DNA from: an uncultured Acidobacteriota bacterium
GTDB lineage: Bacteria; Acidobacteriota; Polarisedimenticolia; J045
Assembly (NCBI GenBank): GCA_963702425.1
Contig: CAVPCQ010000040.1
Coordinates: forward strand, 75,515-139,514
Length of the DNA: 64,000 bases
Reading direction: 5' to 3'
This document shows positions 37,928 to 47,900 of this stretch, piece by piece (within the stretch, counting starts at the first letter, position 1; each line of letters begins with the position of its first letter). The notes below the pieces were generated by a model. The model was not told where the DNA came from and did no database searches. It saw only the letters and a program-made list of their open reading frames with translations. The translations under genes and the position numbers were made by a program.

Positions 37928-40627
37928 TCACTTCGAAGGCGGGCCCTCGAGCACGTCGAGCGCCAGCATCTCGCCATTCCTGTTGAAGACGACCGACTGC
38001 GCCTCCTCAGGCATCTTGAATTTGAAGGGCGTGACCTCCCCCTCGACGACGATCGGGACCGCCGCCTCGCGGCCGCCCCGGAACGTCACCGTGAGCGGCA
38101 CCTTGCCGCGGAAGAAGACGCCGTCCACGGCGTGCTTCTTCAGCCCGACGACGGTGCGCTGGTGGATCGTCCCTTCGATCAACCACTTCCCGTCCTCGGT
38201 CGCCCGCTGCTTCCACTCGACCCGGTACTCGGGGAGGCCGATCCCGCGGACCCACTGGTCGAAGAACCAGTCCATCCGGCCGCCGTAGACCTTCTCGGCC
38301 ACCTTCTGCAGCTCGCGCGTCGTGACTTCCTTGCCGGCGAGCTGCTGCGCCATCTCGCGCAGGTAGAGCTTCATCTTCTCGTCGCCGAACGTCATGCGCA
38401 GGACGTGGAAGGCGTACGGGCCCTTGTTGTAGACCGCCGTCTGGTAGCCGCGCCAGCCGTCTCCGCTCCAGAGCGTGCTCGCGTCCTGGACACTGCTCAT
38501 CAAGTCGGTCTCGAGCACGGCGCGGCGCCAGGACTCGACGTGGTCATCGTAGACCTTCCTGCCGTACTTGGCCTCCATGAACAGTGCCGACGAGAATTCG
38601 GCGAGGCTCTCGATGAACCAGTAGCTGCGGTCGTTGGCGTTGGCGATCAGCGAGCCCCACCACTGGTGCGCCACCTCGTGCGGCACGACCGATTTGACGA
38701 AATAGGTGATGCCGGCGCCGCCCATCGTGCCGAGCGTCCCCTCGCCGCGGAAGACGCCGCTGCCGAGGTAGACGATCGAGCTGGGCGCCTGGCCGTAGAA
38801 CGAGCCGAACGGGTCGTTGACGAGATCGAGCTTGGAATAGGGGTAGTCGACGCCGTAGACGTCGCGGTAGAAGTTGAGCGACTCCGCGGCCTGGTCCGCG
38901 AGGGGCTGGAGCTGCTTGGGGCGGATCTCCCAGTCGGTGATCGAGTTCTTGTCGACGAAGATCCGGACCGGGATCTTCGTCCCGTCCAGCCGGGTGGCCT
39001 GGACCGACGACTCCGCCTGCTCGTAGATCCCGAAGATGACGGTCGGGAACTCGACCGGGGCCTGGGCCCGGTAACGCGTGATCGAAACCCCGTCCTCGAC
39101 CTTCGACTCGACCGCCCGGCAGATGCCGAGCGTCGTGTACTTCGCCGGGACCTTCACCGTGAGGTCGAAGTCCGGGATCATGTCGCCGAAGCGGACGAGC
39201 GGCAGCCACCCGCCGCGCGCCACGTACGAGAACGACCAGTTGTAGTTGTAGATCGAGCGCTTGGCGTCGAACTGGATCCGCAGCGTCAGGTCCGACCCCG
39301 CCGGCACCTTGCGACCGAGCAGCACGAGGCCCGACATCGGCCCGGTCTTGGCCCAGGTCAGCTCGCGCCCGTCGCCGTCCTGCAGGGAGTTGATGATCAG
39401 GGTCGGGCTCTTCAGGTCCTTCGCTTCGGTCTGGGCGCGCAGCCGGACGATGAAGACCGGCAGCCGCTCGATCTCGCGCTTGATCTTCAGCCGGTAGGTG
39501 AGGTCTCCCGACGTGTCCTGGGGGTCGACGAGGGCCAGCTCGACCGTCCCGGAGAGCCCTTCGATCTGGAAGTCGCGGGAGGCGGCGTCGTCCCGGCGTT
39601 CGAGGTCCCACGGGGTGACGCCGGCGGCACGCGTCGCCTCGCTCGGGTAGGCGTAGAGAACGCCGCGCCCGACGACGCCGAAGCTCACCTCGAGCGGGTC
39701 CCACTCGTCGTAGCCGAGCCAGGCCCAGTGCTCGCCCGTCGAACGCCGCACGGACGCGGTCCAGTAGCGGTGCCCCGGCTCCGGCAGCACCCGGAAGAAG
39801 GAGAAGGGGTCCTCGCGCAGCCGCTGGTCGCGCTCGCGGCGGGCCTCGTCGAGGAACTTCGTCAGGGTGGCGGACGCAGCGTCCTTCTCGATCGGCCGCG
39901 AACCCGTGAACGCCGCGTCGAGGATCTCCTTGCAGGAGGCGGGATCGCACCCGATCCGGACCATGGTCGGAGTGAAGACGATGTCGTCCTCGTGGATCGT
40001 CTTGACGATCTCGTGGACGCGCGGGAAGGGGCCCCATCCGGCAGGCGGCTCGTAGGCGTACTCGATCGCCTCGGCCGCGATCGTGATCGAGGACAGCTCG
40101 CCGTGCAGGAGGTCCTTGTAGGCGGTCCCCTTCGCAGCTCTCAGGCGCATCCCCTCGCGCTCGAAGACGAACATGTCGAACGCGAAGTAGACCTCGTCCC
40201 CGATGTCGCCGCGATGCAGGCCGGTCCAGCTGTCGTCAACCTTCTCGGCGGTCACCTTGAAGCCGTCGCCGCCGGGCGCGGGCCCCAGGGTGAGGAGCAG
40301 CCGCTCGGTGCGCAGCGAGTTCCCCTCGATCGTATCGCGGTGGTAGGTCACCTGAAACGTCCCGTCACCGACCGGCCGGAACGAACGCGAATGGGTGCCG
40401 CGCTTGCTCGGCTTCTCGTCCGCGTTCTGGACCTTGACGAGCTGCTCGGTGTAGGCCTGCACCGCCTTCTCGAGCCGCTGCTGCGTCTCCTTCGGGATCG
40501 CGGCCGGCGCGGCGGTCTCAGCCGCGAGGGCCGCCCCGAGAGCGGCCACCCCGAGCATGAGAGCGCACGCCGCGACGCACCAGCGGGCCAGATCGGGCAA
40601 ACGGCGCGTGGGACGGACGATGCTCAT
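37928..40627 (-). CDS. Secreted M1-family (gluzincin) aminopeptidase
   Basis: HEVAHQWWG..WFIESLAE, VYNKG, YPYSKL, WFFDQW; signal peptide; ATG at 40627 with GGAGG. Confidence 0.85.
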   Translation of the reverse strand: MSIVRPTRRLPDLARWCVAACALMLGVAALGAALAAETAAPAAIPKETQQRLEKAVQAYTEQLVKVQNADEKPSKRGTHSRSFRPVGDGTFQVTYHRDTIEGNSLRTERLLLTLGPAPGGDGFKVTAEKVDDSWTGLHRGDIGDEVYFAFDMFVFEREGMRLRAAKGTAYKDLLHGELSSITIAAEAIEYAYEPPAGWGPFPRVHEIVKTIHEDDIVFTPTMVRIGCDPASCKEILDAAFTGSRPIEKDAASATLTKFLDEARRERDQRLREDPFSFFRVLPEPGHRYWTASVRRSTGEHWAWLGYDEWDPLEVSFGVVGRGVLYAYPSEATRAAGVTPWDLERRDDAASRDFQIEGLSGTVELALVDPQDTSGDLTYRLKIKREIERLPVFIVRLRAQTEAKDLKSPTLIINSLQDGDGRELTWAKTGPMSGLVLLGRKVPAGSDLTLRIQFDAKRSIYNYNWSFSYVARGGWLPLVRFGDMIPDFDLTVKVPAKYTTLGICRAVESKVEDGVSITRYRAQAPVEFPTVIFGIYEQAESSVQATRLDGTKIPVRIFVDKNSITDWEIRPKQLQPLADQAAESLNFYRDVYGVDYPYSKLDLVNDPFGSFYGQAPSSIVYLGSGVFRGEGTLGTMGGAGITYFVKSVVPHEVAHQWWGSLIANANDRSYWFIESLAEFSSALFMEAKYGRKVYDDHVESWRRAVLETDLMSSVQDASTLWSGDGWRGYQTAVYNKGPYAFHVLRMTFGDEKMKLYLREMAQQLAGKEVTTRELQKVAEKVYGGRMDWFFDQWVRGIGLPEYRVEWKQRATEDGKWLIEGTIHQRTVVGLKKHAVDGVFFRGKVPLTVTFRGGREAAVPIVVEGEVTPFKFKMPEEAQSVVFNRNGEMLALDVLEGPPSK

Positions 40628-40817
40628 CGCGGGACCTCCCCACGGGAAGCCGCAGGCTCGACCCGGCACCGGCCGCGGTGCGATCCGCGAGCTCCCCGGC
40701 TTGTTCGTTGCCATTCTACGCCCGGGACTATGGGGCGCTGTCAGGGGCGACGGCAAGGCCGCGGCGACTGGCCGGCACCGCCGCTCGGGGACGGCGTCAA
40801 GAAGGTCGACAGGAAAC

Positions 40818-40901
40818 GGCGCCGCGTTGCGGCAACATCAAGAAGAAAGGGCGCCGCGATGCGGCAACATCAAGAAAAAAGGGCGCCGCGTTGCGGCGCC
40901 C
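40818..40901. repeat. 32-bp tandem repeat, about 2.6 copies
   Basis: ggcgccgcg(t/a)tgcggcaacatcaagaa(g/a)aaag at 40818 and 40850, partial copy at 40882. Confidence 0.9.
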
Positions 40902-40902
40902 T
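40874..40902 (-). terminator. Intrinsic terminator of the csp gene
   Basis: Stem agggcgccgc/gcggcgccct followed by a T-tract on the minus strand. Confidence 0.8.
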
Positions 40903-40928
40903 GGGGTGTGCTTGGTTGGGAAGCCGGC

Positions 40929-41132
40929 TCAGCCGAGCTTCTTGACCTGGCTGGCCTGCGGGCCCTTCTGGCCCTGCGTGATCGTGAACTCGACCTTCTC
41001 GCCCTCGGAGAGCGAGCGGAAGCCGGAGCCAACGATCTCGGTGTGGTGGACGAAGAGGTCCGGGCCGTTCTCCTGCGTGATGAACCCGTAACCCTTCGCG
41101 TCGTTGAACCACTTTACGGTACCGGTAGGCAT
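40929..41132 (-). CDS. Cold-shock protein (CspA family)
   Basis: [27 protein letters not shown]. Confidence 0.95.
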   Translation of the reverse strand: MPTGTVKWFNDAKGYGFITQENGPDLFVHHTEIVGSGFRSLSEGEKVEFTITQGQKGPQASQVKKLG

Positions 41133-41349
41133 CTTTACTGCTCCTGTCTCTGATCGCGGAGCGCCTCGGGCGCAACCGCCGGTCTATTGGCGGACCCTCG
41201 CGTTACCCGGAAGCGCACTATGCAACCACCGGTGGTGTTTGGGACTGCCACATACCTGCAAAGTATGAACGAATCCTGGCCCCGGCGCCATCCCCGGAAA
41301 GTGTTACCCTTCCGCGGGGCCGGTTTCTGCCCCCCCGAGGCCCCCCAGG

Positions 41350-42471
41350 ATGACTGCCGGACCCGCCCCCGCCGCCCCCGGAACAGACCCCCCCCGTCCG
41401 CTGAAGTTCGCGCCCCCCGCGGGGTTTCACGCGGAACTGAGGGCCCGGGCGGCCGAGTATTTCGCCCGGGCCGGGCGGGCCCCCCGCGGCGGGTTCCGGA
41501 TGTACCTGGACGCCGCGGTGGTCGCCGCTTGGGCTGCCGGGTCCTACCTGGGCCTGGTCTTCCTGGCCGGCAGCTGGTGGCAGGTCGTCCTCGCCGCCCT
41601 CTCGCTGGCCTGCGCGGTCGCCGCGATCGGCTTCAAGATCCAGCACGACGGCGGACACGGCGCCTTCTCGGAACTGAAGTGGGTGAACCGCCTGACCGCG
41701 ATGACGCTCGACGCGATCGGCGGCAGCTCGTACGTCTGGCGCTTCAAGCACAACATCCTGCACCACAGCTACACCAATCTCGCCGGCGTTGACGACGACA
41801 TCGACCTGGGCGTGCTCGGCCGGCTCTCGCCGGCGCATCGCCGCCTCTGGTTCCACCGGTTCCAGCACCTCTACATCTGGCCGCTCTACACGACCGTCGC
41901 TCTGAAGTGGCAGCTCGTTGACGATTTCGTCCGCATCGCCCGCGGCCGGATCGGACCCCAGCGTTTCCCGCGCCCGCGCGGCTGGGACCTGGTCGGCGTC
42001 ATCGGCGGCAAGACCTTCGCGATCTCGCTCGCGCTCGTCGTTCCGGCGCTCTTCCATCCGCTCTGGATCGTGCTGGTCGTCTATCTCGCGACGATGATGG
42101 CGATCGGGTTCCTGCTGGCAGTCGTGTTCCAGCTGGCCCACAGCGTGAGGGAGGCGGCGCATCCCGCCCCGCCGCCGGACGCAGAGCGTATCGACACCGA
42201 GTGGGCCGTGCACCAGGTCCAGACGACCGTGGACTTCGCGCGCGCCAATCCCGTGCTGACGTGGCTCCTTGGCGGCCTCAACTTCCAGGTCGTGCATCAC
42301 CTCTTCCCGCGGGTCTCCCACGTGCACTATCCCGCGCTGGCGCGAATCGTCGAGGAGGTCAGCGCGCGGCACGGCGTGCGCTACGTGGCGCACCGCTCCT
42401 TCCTGGGAGCCATCGCGTCGCACTTCCTCTTTCTGCGGGAGATGGGGCGCTCGCCGTCCGCGGCCGCCTGA
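41350..42471 (+). CDS. Membrane fatty-acid (acyl-CoA/lipid) desaturase
   Basis: His boxes HDGGH, HNILHH, QVVHHLFP; GGLNFQ. Confidence 0.9.
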   Translation: MTAGPAPAAPGTDPPRPLKFAPPAGFHAELRARAAEYFARAGRAPRGGFRMYLDAAVVAAWAAGSYLGLVFLAGSWWQVVLAALSLACAVAAIGFKIQHDGGHGAFSELKWVNRLTAMTLDAIGGSSYVWRFKHNILHHSYTNLAGVDDDIDLGVLGRLSPAHRRLWFHRFQHLYIWPLYTTVALKWQLVDDFVRIARGRIGPQRFPRPRGWDLVGVIGGKTFAISLALVVPALFHPLWIVLVVYLATMMAIGFLLAVVFQLAHSVREAAHPAPPPDAERIDTEWAVHQVQTTVDFARANPVLTWLLGGLNFQVVHHLFPRVSHVHYPALARIVEEVSARHGVRYVAHRSFLGAIASHFLFLREMGRSPSAAA

Positions 42472-42481
42472 AGCGCGGCGG

Positions 42482-42727
42482 TCACTTGCGGCGCATGCCG
42501 CGCGTGTAGACCTTCCCCTGGATGATCTTGTGCGCCGGAGCGCCGCCGACCATCCGGGGCCGTGCGAACTCCTGGCCGCAGCCGGGGCATCGCATGTCGC
42601 CTTCCGTGTGATCTTCCGCGATCCGCTCGACGAGACACTTGACGAGGCCACCGCTACCCCCCTTCCGGTAGCGGTAGATCAGCGCGCCGCAGGCGCGGCA
42701 GTGGATCGCTATCGTCCGGAAGTCCAC
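42482..42727 (-). CDS. Small zinc-ribbon hypothetical protein
   Basis: CRAC and CPGC pairs, YRKGGSGGLVKC; host-like codons. Confidence 0.65.
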   Translation of the reverse strand: MDFRTIAIHCRACGALIYRYRKGGSGGLVKCLVERIAEDHTEGDMRCPGCGQEFARPRMVGGAPAHKIIQGKVYTRGMRRK

Positions 42728-42746
42728 GTCCGCCGGGCCGGTCCGT

Positions 42747-43598
42747 TCATGACGATCCGGTCCGGGCGGGCGATGACGGTGCGTCGGGACCGGCGGCCGG
42801 CGCCGCGCTGGCCTTGGCGTAGCGCTCGACGACGGCGACGGCGATCAGGCTGTCGAGGTGCAGGACCTCGCTGGCCCCCGCGTGCCTGAACCACTTGTCC
42901 CCGCCCGACGCGGGCGAGAGGACCGAGATGTAGAGGTTCGGCCCGAGGGCGCGGGCCATCAGCGTCATGGACAGACGGCGACCGATCTCTCCCGGCTCGG
43001 CAACCTCGATCAGCATCGCTTTCGCCGAGTCGACCCGCGCCGCCTGAAGGGTCTCCTCGTGCTCCGCCATGCCCCGCACGACGAGAAAGCCGGCGGCGGC
43101 GGCCGACTCCGCAGCCTCCTCTCCGTCGTCGACAATCAGCACGGTCTCGCCCCGTTCCCGGAGCTGGCCGGCCACCAGAGCGCCGATCGCCCCGAACCCC
43201 GCCACGATCACGTGCCCGGAGAGCTGGTCCAGTCTCTTTTCCATTCTTCGGTTCTCCCGGAACGTGACCACTTCCGGCGACGAGAGGATGCCGGCGAGGC
43301 TCGAGACGGAGTAAGTGCCGACGGCGAGGAGCACGATCATGAAGACCATGAGGAAGAACTTCTGTCGCAGGTCCAGGTCGGTATAGTCGCCCATCGTCGT
43401 GAGCGTGTTGACGGTGTTCCAGAGCGCATTGGTCACGCGGTGGAAGGTCGACTGCGATTGGTCGTCCAGCAGGTAGAGGCCCACGGTGGCGAACGCAGCG
43501 ACCGTCAGGAGCAGCCCCGCCACGTTCTTCACCGTGCGGATCAGTTGGCCGTAGCGCTCGGGCCCGCCCTGGGTGGCGAAGACGCGATAGATCGGCAT
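42747..43598 (-). CDS. Two-TM potassium-channel-family protein with RCK/TrkA-N domain
   Basis: TM-pore helix (WNTVNTLTTMGDY)-TM, then HVIVAGFGAIG Rossmann motif. Confidence 0.8.
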   Translation of the reverse strand: MPIYRVFATQGGPERYGQLIRTVKNVAGLLLTVAAFATVGLYLLDDQSQSTFHRVTNALWNTVNTLTTMGDYTDLDLRQKFFLMVFMIVLLAVGTYSVSSLAGILSSPEVVTFRENRRMEKRLDQLSGHVIVAGFGAIGALVAGQLRERGETVLIVDDGEEAAESAAAAGFLVVRGMAEHEETLQAARVDSAKAMLIEVAEPGEIGRRLSMTLMARALGPNLYISVLSPASGGDKWFRHAGASEVLHLDSLIAVAVVERYAKASAAPAAGPDAPSSPARTGSS

Positions 43599-43711
43599 GG
43601 CGCCATTCTGGGGCGGGCCGCATCGCCGTGTCGACGGGTTCTGGCGCGCCGGCCAGCCCCCCGTATCATGGCGTCTCCGCACCGGGCCGACCCGGCGGGA
43701 AGAGGGCGTCC

Positions 43712-44185
43712 GTGACGAAACTCCGCCGAGGATCCCGCCCGCAGGCTGCTGCCCGGACCATCCGGGCGGCTTCCGTCCTGCTCGGCCTGCTGCCGGCCCT
43801 GCTGTTCGCCTTCGCCTGCGGACCGGAGATCCCCGACTTCCCGCATCCCCAGTCGCTCGCGGAAGCGAAGACCGACGCCGCAGCGCGCGGGGTCCCGATC
43901 CTGATCGACTTCTACACACCCGGGTGAGGCGCCTGCAAGTCGTTCACCCGTGAGGTGAGCCACAACGAAGCCCTGCGCGACGCGCTGCAGAACAAGGTCG
44001 CCTTCGTCAAGGTCAACGCGAACACGCGCGATGGCGGCCCGGTGGCGATGTCCTACGGAGCGTCCGGCGTCCCCTTCTTCGTGCTGGCCGACGCAGCAGG
44101 CAAACCGCTCGCCTCATGGAGCGGCTACATCGGGCCGAAGCGCTTCACCGAGCAGCTCGAGAAGGGTCTGGCGCGGGCGCGCTGA
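43712..44185 (+). CDS. Thioredoxin-like lipoprotein with in-frame TGA (probable selenocysteine, UxxC)
   Basis: Lipobox FAFAC; ILIDFYTPG-TGA(43925-43927)-GACK continues in frame to SGVPFFVL (cis-Pro loop) and a stop at 44185. Confidence 0.8.
43942..43960 (+). promoter_or_regulatory. Candidate bacterial SECIS hairpin
   Basis: Stem gttcacc/ggtgagc with loop cgtga; loop starts 22 nt after the UGA with G at loop position 2. Confidence 0.55.
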
Positions 44186-44265
44186 CTAACTCGGCCCGCA
44201 CTTCGGGTGAACGCTCCCCTCGTGTACGCTCGCGCGGTCCTCCCCCCCTGGAAGGAGACCGCGCG

Positions 44266-44844
44266 ATGCCCGAGATCTGCGGTACCGAAACCGAGAAGAA
44301 CCTGCTCAAGGCCTTCGCCGGCGAGTCGCAGGCGAGGAACCGCTACACGATGTTCGCCAAGGCCGCGATCAAGGAAGGATACGAGCAGATCGGCGCGATC
44401 TTCCTCGAGACCGCGGACAACGAGCGGGTCCACGCCCGGCTCTTCTTCGACCACCTGAAGAGCGGCGAGGACCTCGAGATCACGGCCGCCTACCCGGCCG
44501 GCCGTGTCGGAACCACCGCCGAGAACCTGCTGGCCGCGGCAGCCGGGGAGAAGCTGGAGTGGAGCGCCCTCTATCCCGGCTTCGCCGACATCGCCGAGCG
44601 CGAGGGCTTCCCCGCCGTGGCCGGCACCTTCCGCGAGGTGAGCCAGGTCGAGGCCTGGCATGAGACGCGCTACCGCCGCCTTGCCGCCCGCGTGCAGGAG
44701 GGGACGGTCTTCCTGCGCACGGCGCCCCAGCGCTGGAAGTGCCGCGAGTGCGGCTACGTCCACGAGGGGACCGAGCCGCCGAAGGTCTGCCCGTGCTGCA
44801 AGCACGCGCGGGCTTTCTACGAGATCTACGCCGAGAACTACTGA
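44266..44844 (+). CDS. rbr: Rubrerythrin
   Basis: NLLKAFAGESQARNRY, ERVH, EAWH, C-terminal CRECGY..CPCC; AAGGAG RBS. Confidence 0.93.
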   Translation: MPEICGTETEKNLLKAFAGESQARNRYTMFAKAAIKEGYEQIGAIFLETADNERVHARLFFDHLKSGEDLEITAAYPAGRVGTTAENLLAAAAGEKLEWSALYPGFADIAEREGFPAVAGTFREVSQVEAWHETRYRRLAARVQEGTVFLRTAPQRWKCRECGYVHEGTEPPKVCPCCKHARAFYEIYAENY

Positions 44845-44911
44845 GGCACCGAATTGCGAGGGTGGGGACGGCCCGGCCGCGGGCCGCCCCCTGCCAGTCC
44901 GACCCCTCCCG

Positions 44912-47900
44912 CTACCGCAGGATCCCTCCGTTGGCGACGTTGTTCGACTCGTTGGTCTCCGCGACCGAGTCCGCGGGGTCGACGACTCCCAGCAGGTAGA
45001 GGCCGGCCGCGGTGTACCCCGTGGGGACCTTGAAGTTCAGCTTGAATGCCTTCTTCGCCCGCGGCTTGAGCGCGCTGACGGAGAAGCTGCTGATCCGGAT
45101 GTCGTCGCCCGAGGGCGCGCTGTCGACCGACACCAGGGCCCATGCCTGGGTCGAACTCGAGTTCACCGTACCGTTGTTCACGACGGTGAACTTGCCGGTG
45201 ATCGTGCAGCGCGTGACCCCCTTCTTGGTCTTGCAGACCTGCCTGGCACCGCGCCACGAGCCGACGAGGTCCGGCCCGGACGTCAGGCGGATCTCGACTG
45301 GGAGCGTCGCCGACCAGCCCGATTCGACGGCTGTGTTCGTCGCCGAGCGGGCCTTGGTGCGCACGCCGTAGGAGCCGCGCGCTCCCCAGGCGTGCGACGC
45401 GCCCGTCGTGCCGACGGGCAGCCAGCCCGAGTTCGTGCCGTCGATCCAATCGAAGAAGTACTGCACCGGGTTCCCCTGGCTGGACGCGGCGCCGCCCGTC
45501 GTGTACGCGAGGGACTGCCCCGGCGCACCGGTGAGAGGCCCAGCGAGCGACGTCGGCGCGGAGACCGTCTCCACCGCCGCCGAGATCGTGACGTTCAGTG
45601 TCCCCGACCAGTCGGAGACGACGGTCTGAGTCACCGCGCAGCGCGCGCGCACCCTGACCGGATAGCCGCCGGCCGCCGCCCAAGCGTGCTGCGTCACGAC
45701 GTCGCCGGCGCCGCCGCCGGAGAGCGCGGCCGCAGCCTGGTCGACACGGATCCGCGGGCGGGTCAGGCCGTTCCGCCCGTCGGTGATCGACACGCCCGTG
45801 CTCGTGAACGCTGCCAGGACCTCGTCGACCGTCGCGGTGGGTTTCTTCGACTTGAGGACGGCCCACGCCCCGGCGACGTGCGGCGTCGCCATGGACGTGC
45901 CGTCCTTGACGCCGAACCCGCCGCCGGTGACCGACGAGTTGATGTCCGATCCCGGCGCGAGCAACTCGAGCATCGACGCCGAGTTCGAGAAGCTGGAGAC
46001 GCCGTCGAATTTCGTCGTCGAGCCGACCGCCACCGCGCTCGAGATGCAGGCCGGGTGGCTGATCGAATCCGTGTAGTAGTTGTTGCCCGTCGCGATCGCC
46101 GTCGCGATGCCGGCCGCGCGCAGATTGTCGATCGCCTGCTTCATCGCCGGGCTCTCGCCGTCGCAGTAGGTGTAGAAGCGCTCGCTGCCCAGGCTCAAGT
46201 TGACGGAAGCGATGGCGAACGCATTCCGCTGGCCGTAGACCCACTCCAGGCCGGCGATGTCGTCGCTGGGGTAGCTGCCCGTTCCGCCGCCGTTCAGGAG
46301 CGAGAAGACCTGGACGGCGATGATCGAAGCCTCCCTGGCGACGCCGGAGAAGGTCGTCCCCTTTCCGGCGGCGATCCCCGCGCAGTGGGTCCCATGGTCG
46401 CACGTCGGATCACTGCACGGCGTCGCGGCCCCGACGCCGATCTGCGTCGCCTGGCCGTTGGGGCAGGCGCTGGTCGTCCCCTGGGCGGTCGTCGAGAAGC
46501 AGGCTTCGGCGACGACCTTGCCGGCCAGGAACGGGTGGTTCCGCTCGACCCCCGTGTCGAGGATGGCGACGGCCTGGCCCGCGCCGGTGGCACCCGCGGC
46601 CCACGCGGCCGGCGCCCCGATCAGCGGCACGCTCTGCTCGAGCGTCATCTCGTGCAGCCGGTCCTCTTCGATCCGCGCGACCTCGGGGCTGCCGGCCAGC
46701 CGTTCCAGCGCGCGCGCGTCGGCCTCGAGCGCCAGCGCCGCCACGAACCGGTAGCGCCGGTGGACCGCGAACGTCTCGCCGGCCAGGCGCGCGAGCAGCG
46801 CCTCCTGCGCCTGCGCGATCCGGTCCTGCTGGGCCAGCGCGGAGGCCGGCGCCATCAGCCCCTCGGGCGCGAACGGCTCGCGGAGCGTGACGATCACGCG
46901 CACGCGCCCCTTCTGGCGCACGATTGGCACGAGCCGCTCGAGATCGGCGCGCGGGTTGCCCGCGGTCTCGACCGGCATGGCCGATCCGGGCGCGGCCGCG
47001 GATGCGAGCAGCCCGTCCGCTCCCGCCAGTCCCGCCGGCGTGATCCAGGTCGACATCGTGCCGTCGCCCCAGTCGAACTGGTACTGCGACGCCTCGCCCA
47101 GGCTGCAGGTGGCGCCACCCGAGCGGTACTCGTAGGCCGTCGCCGGGACGCCGGCGGCCGGGCCGGCCGGCGCACGCGGCGTGGTGATCGTGCCGCCCCC
47201 GCCGCCGGTGATCGTGACCGTGAGCGATCCCGAGTCGCCGGAGACCTTGGCGGTGTCGGACGCGCAGCGCGCGCGGGCCTTGACCGGATAGGACCCGTTG
47301 TTCGTCCAGGCGTGGCTGGCGGTCACGGTGTTGCCGCCGCCCCCGCCGGTGATCGTGAAGGTCTGCGCGGCGGATGTCCCGCCGCCCGGCGCCGGCGTGA
47401 AGACCGTGACCTGCGCGGTCCCGGCCGTCGCGACGTCGGCCGCGGCGATGATCGCCGTCAGCTGCACGGCGCTGACGAAGCTGGTCGGCTGGTCGGCGCC
47501 GTTCCAGCGCACGACCGAGCCGTTGATGAAGCCGCTGCCGTTCGCTGTGAGGGTGAAGCCCAGCGAGCCGGCCGGTGCGCTCGACGGCGCGATCCCGGTC
47601 AGCACCGGCACCGGATTGCCGCCGCCGCCGCCCGAGGCGAGAACCGCTGCGCGGGCGTCGATTCGACCGGTCCCGGTCTTGTCGTCCTCACCCGGCGCCC
47701 CGATGTCGTCAGCCGTCTGGCGCAGGATCGACTTCACCTCGGCGGGGGTCAGGCTCGGGTTCTTCGAGAGCATCAGCGCGACGATGCCCGCGGCCTTGGG
47801 CGTGGAGGACGAGGTTCCGCCGAACTGGTACTCGTAGTTCGGGTCGACCCCGGTGGCGGCCTGGTCCTGGTTGTAGCCTGCGCTGCCGAGCCGATCGGTG

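Noticed and set aside
40797-40902. 32-bp repeats as a mini CRISPR array
   Set aside because: Head-to-tail copies without unique spacers, no cas genes, and the unit is the csp terminator
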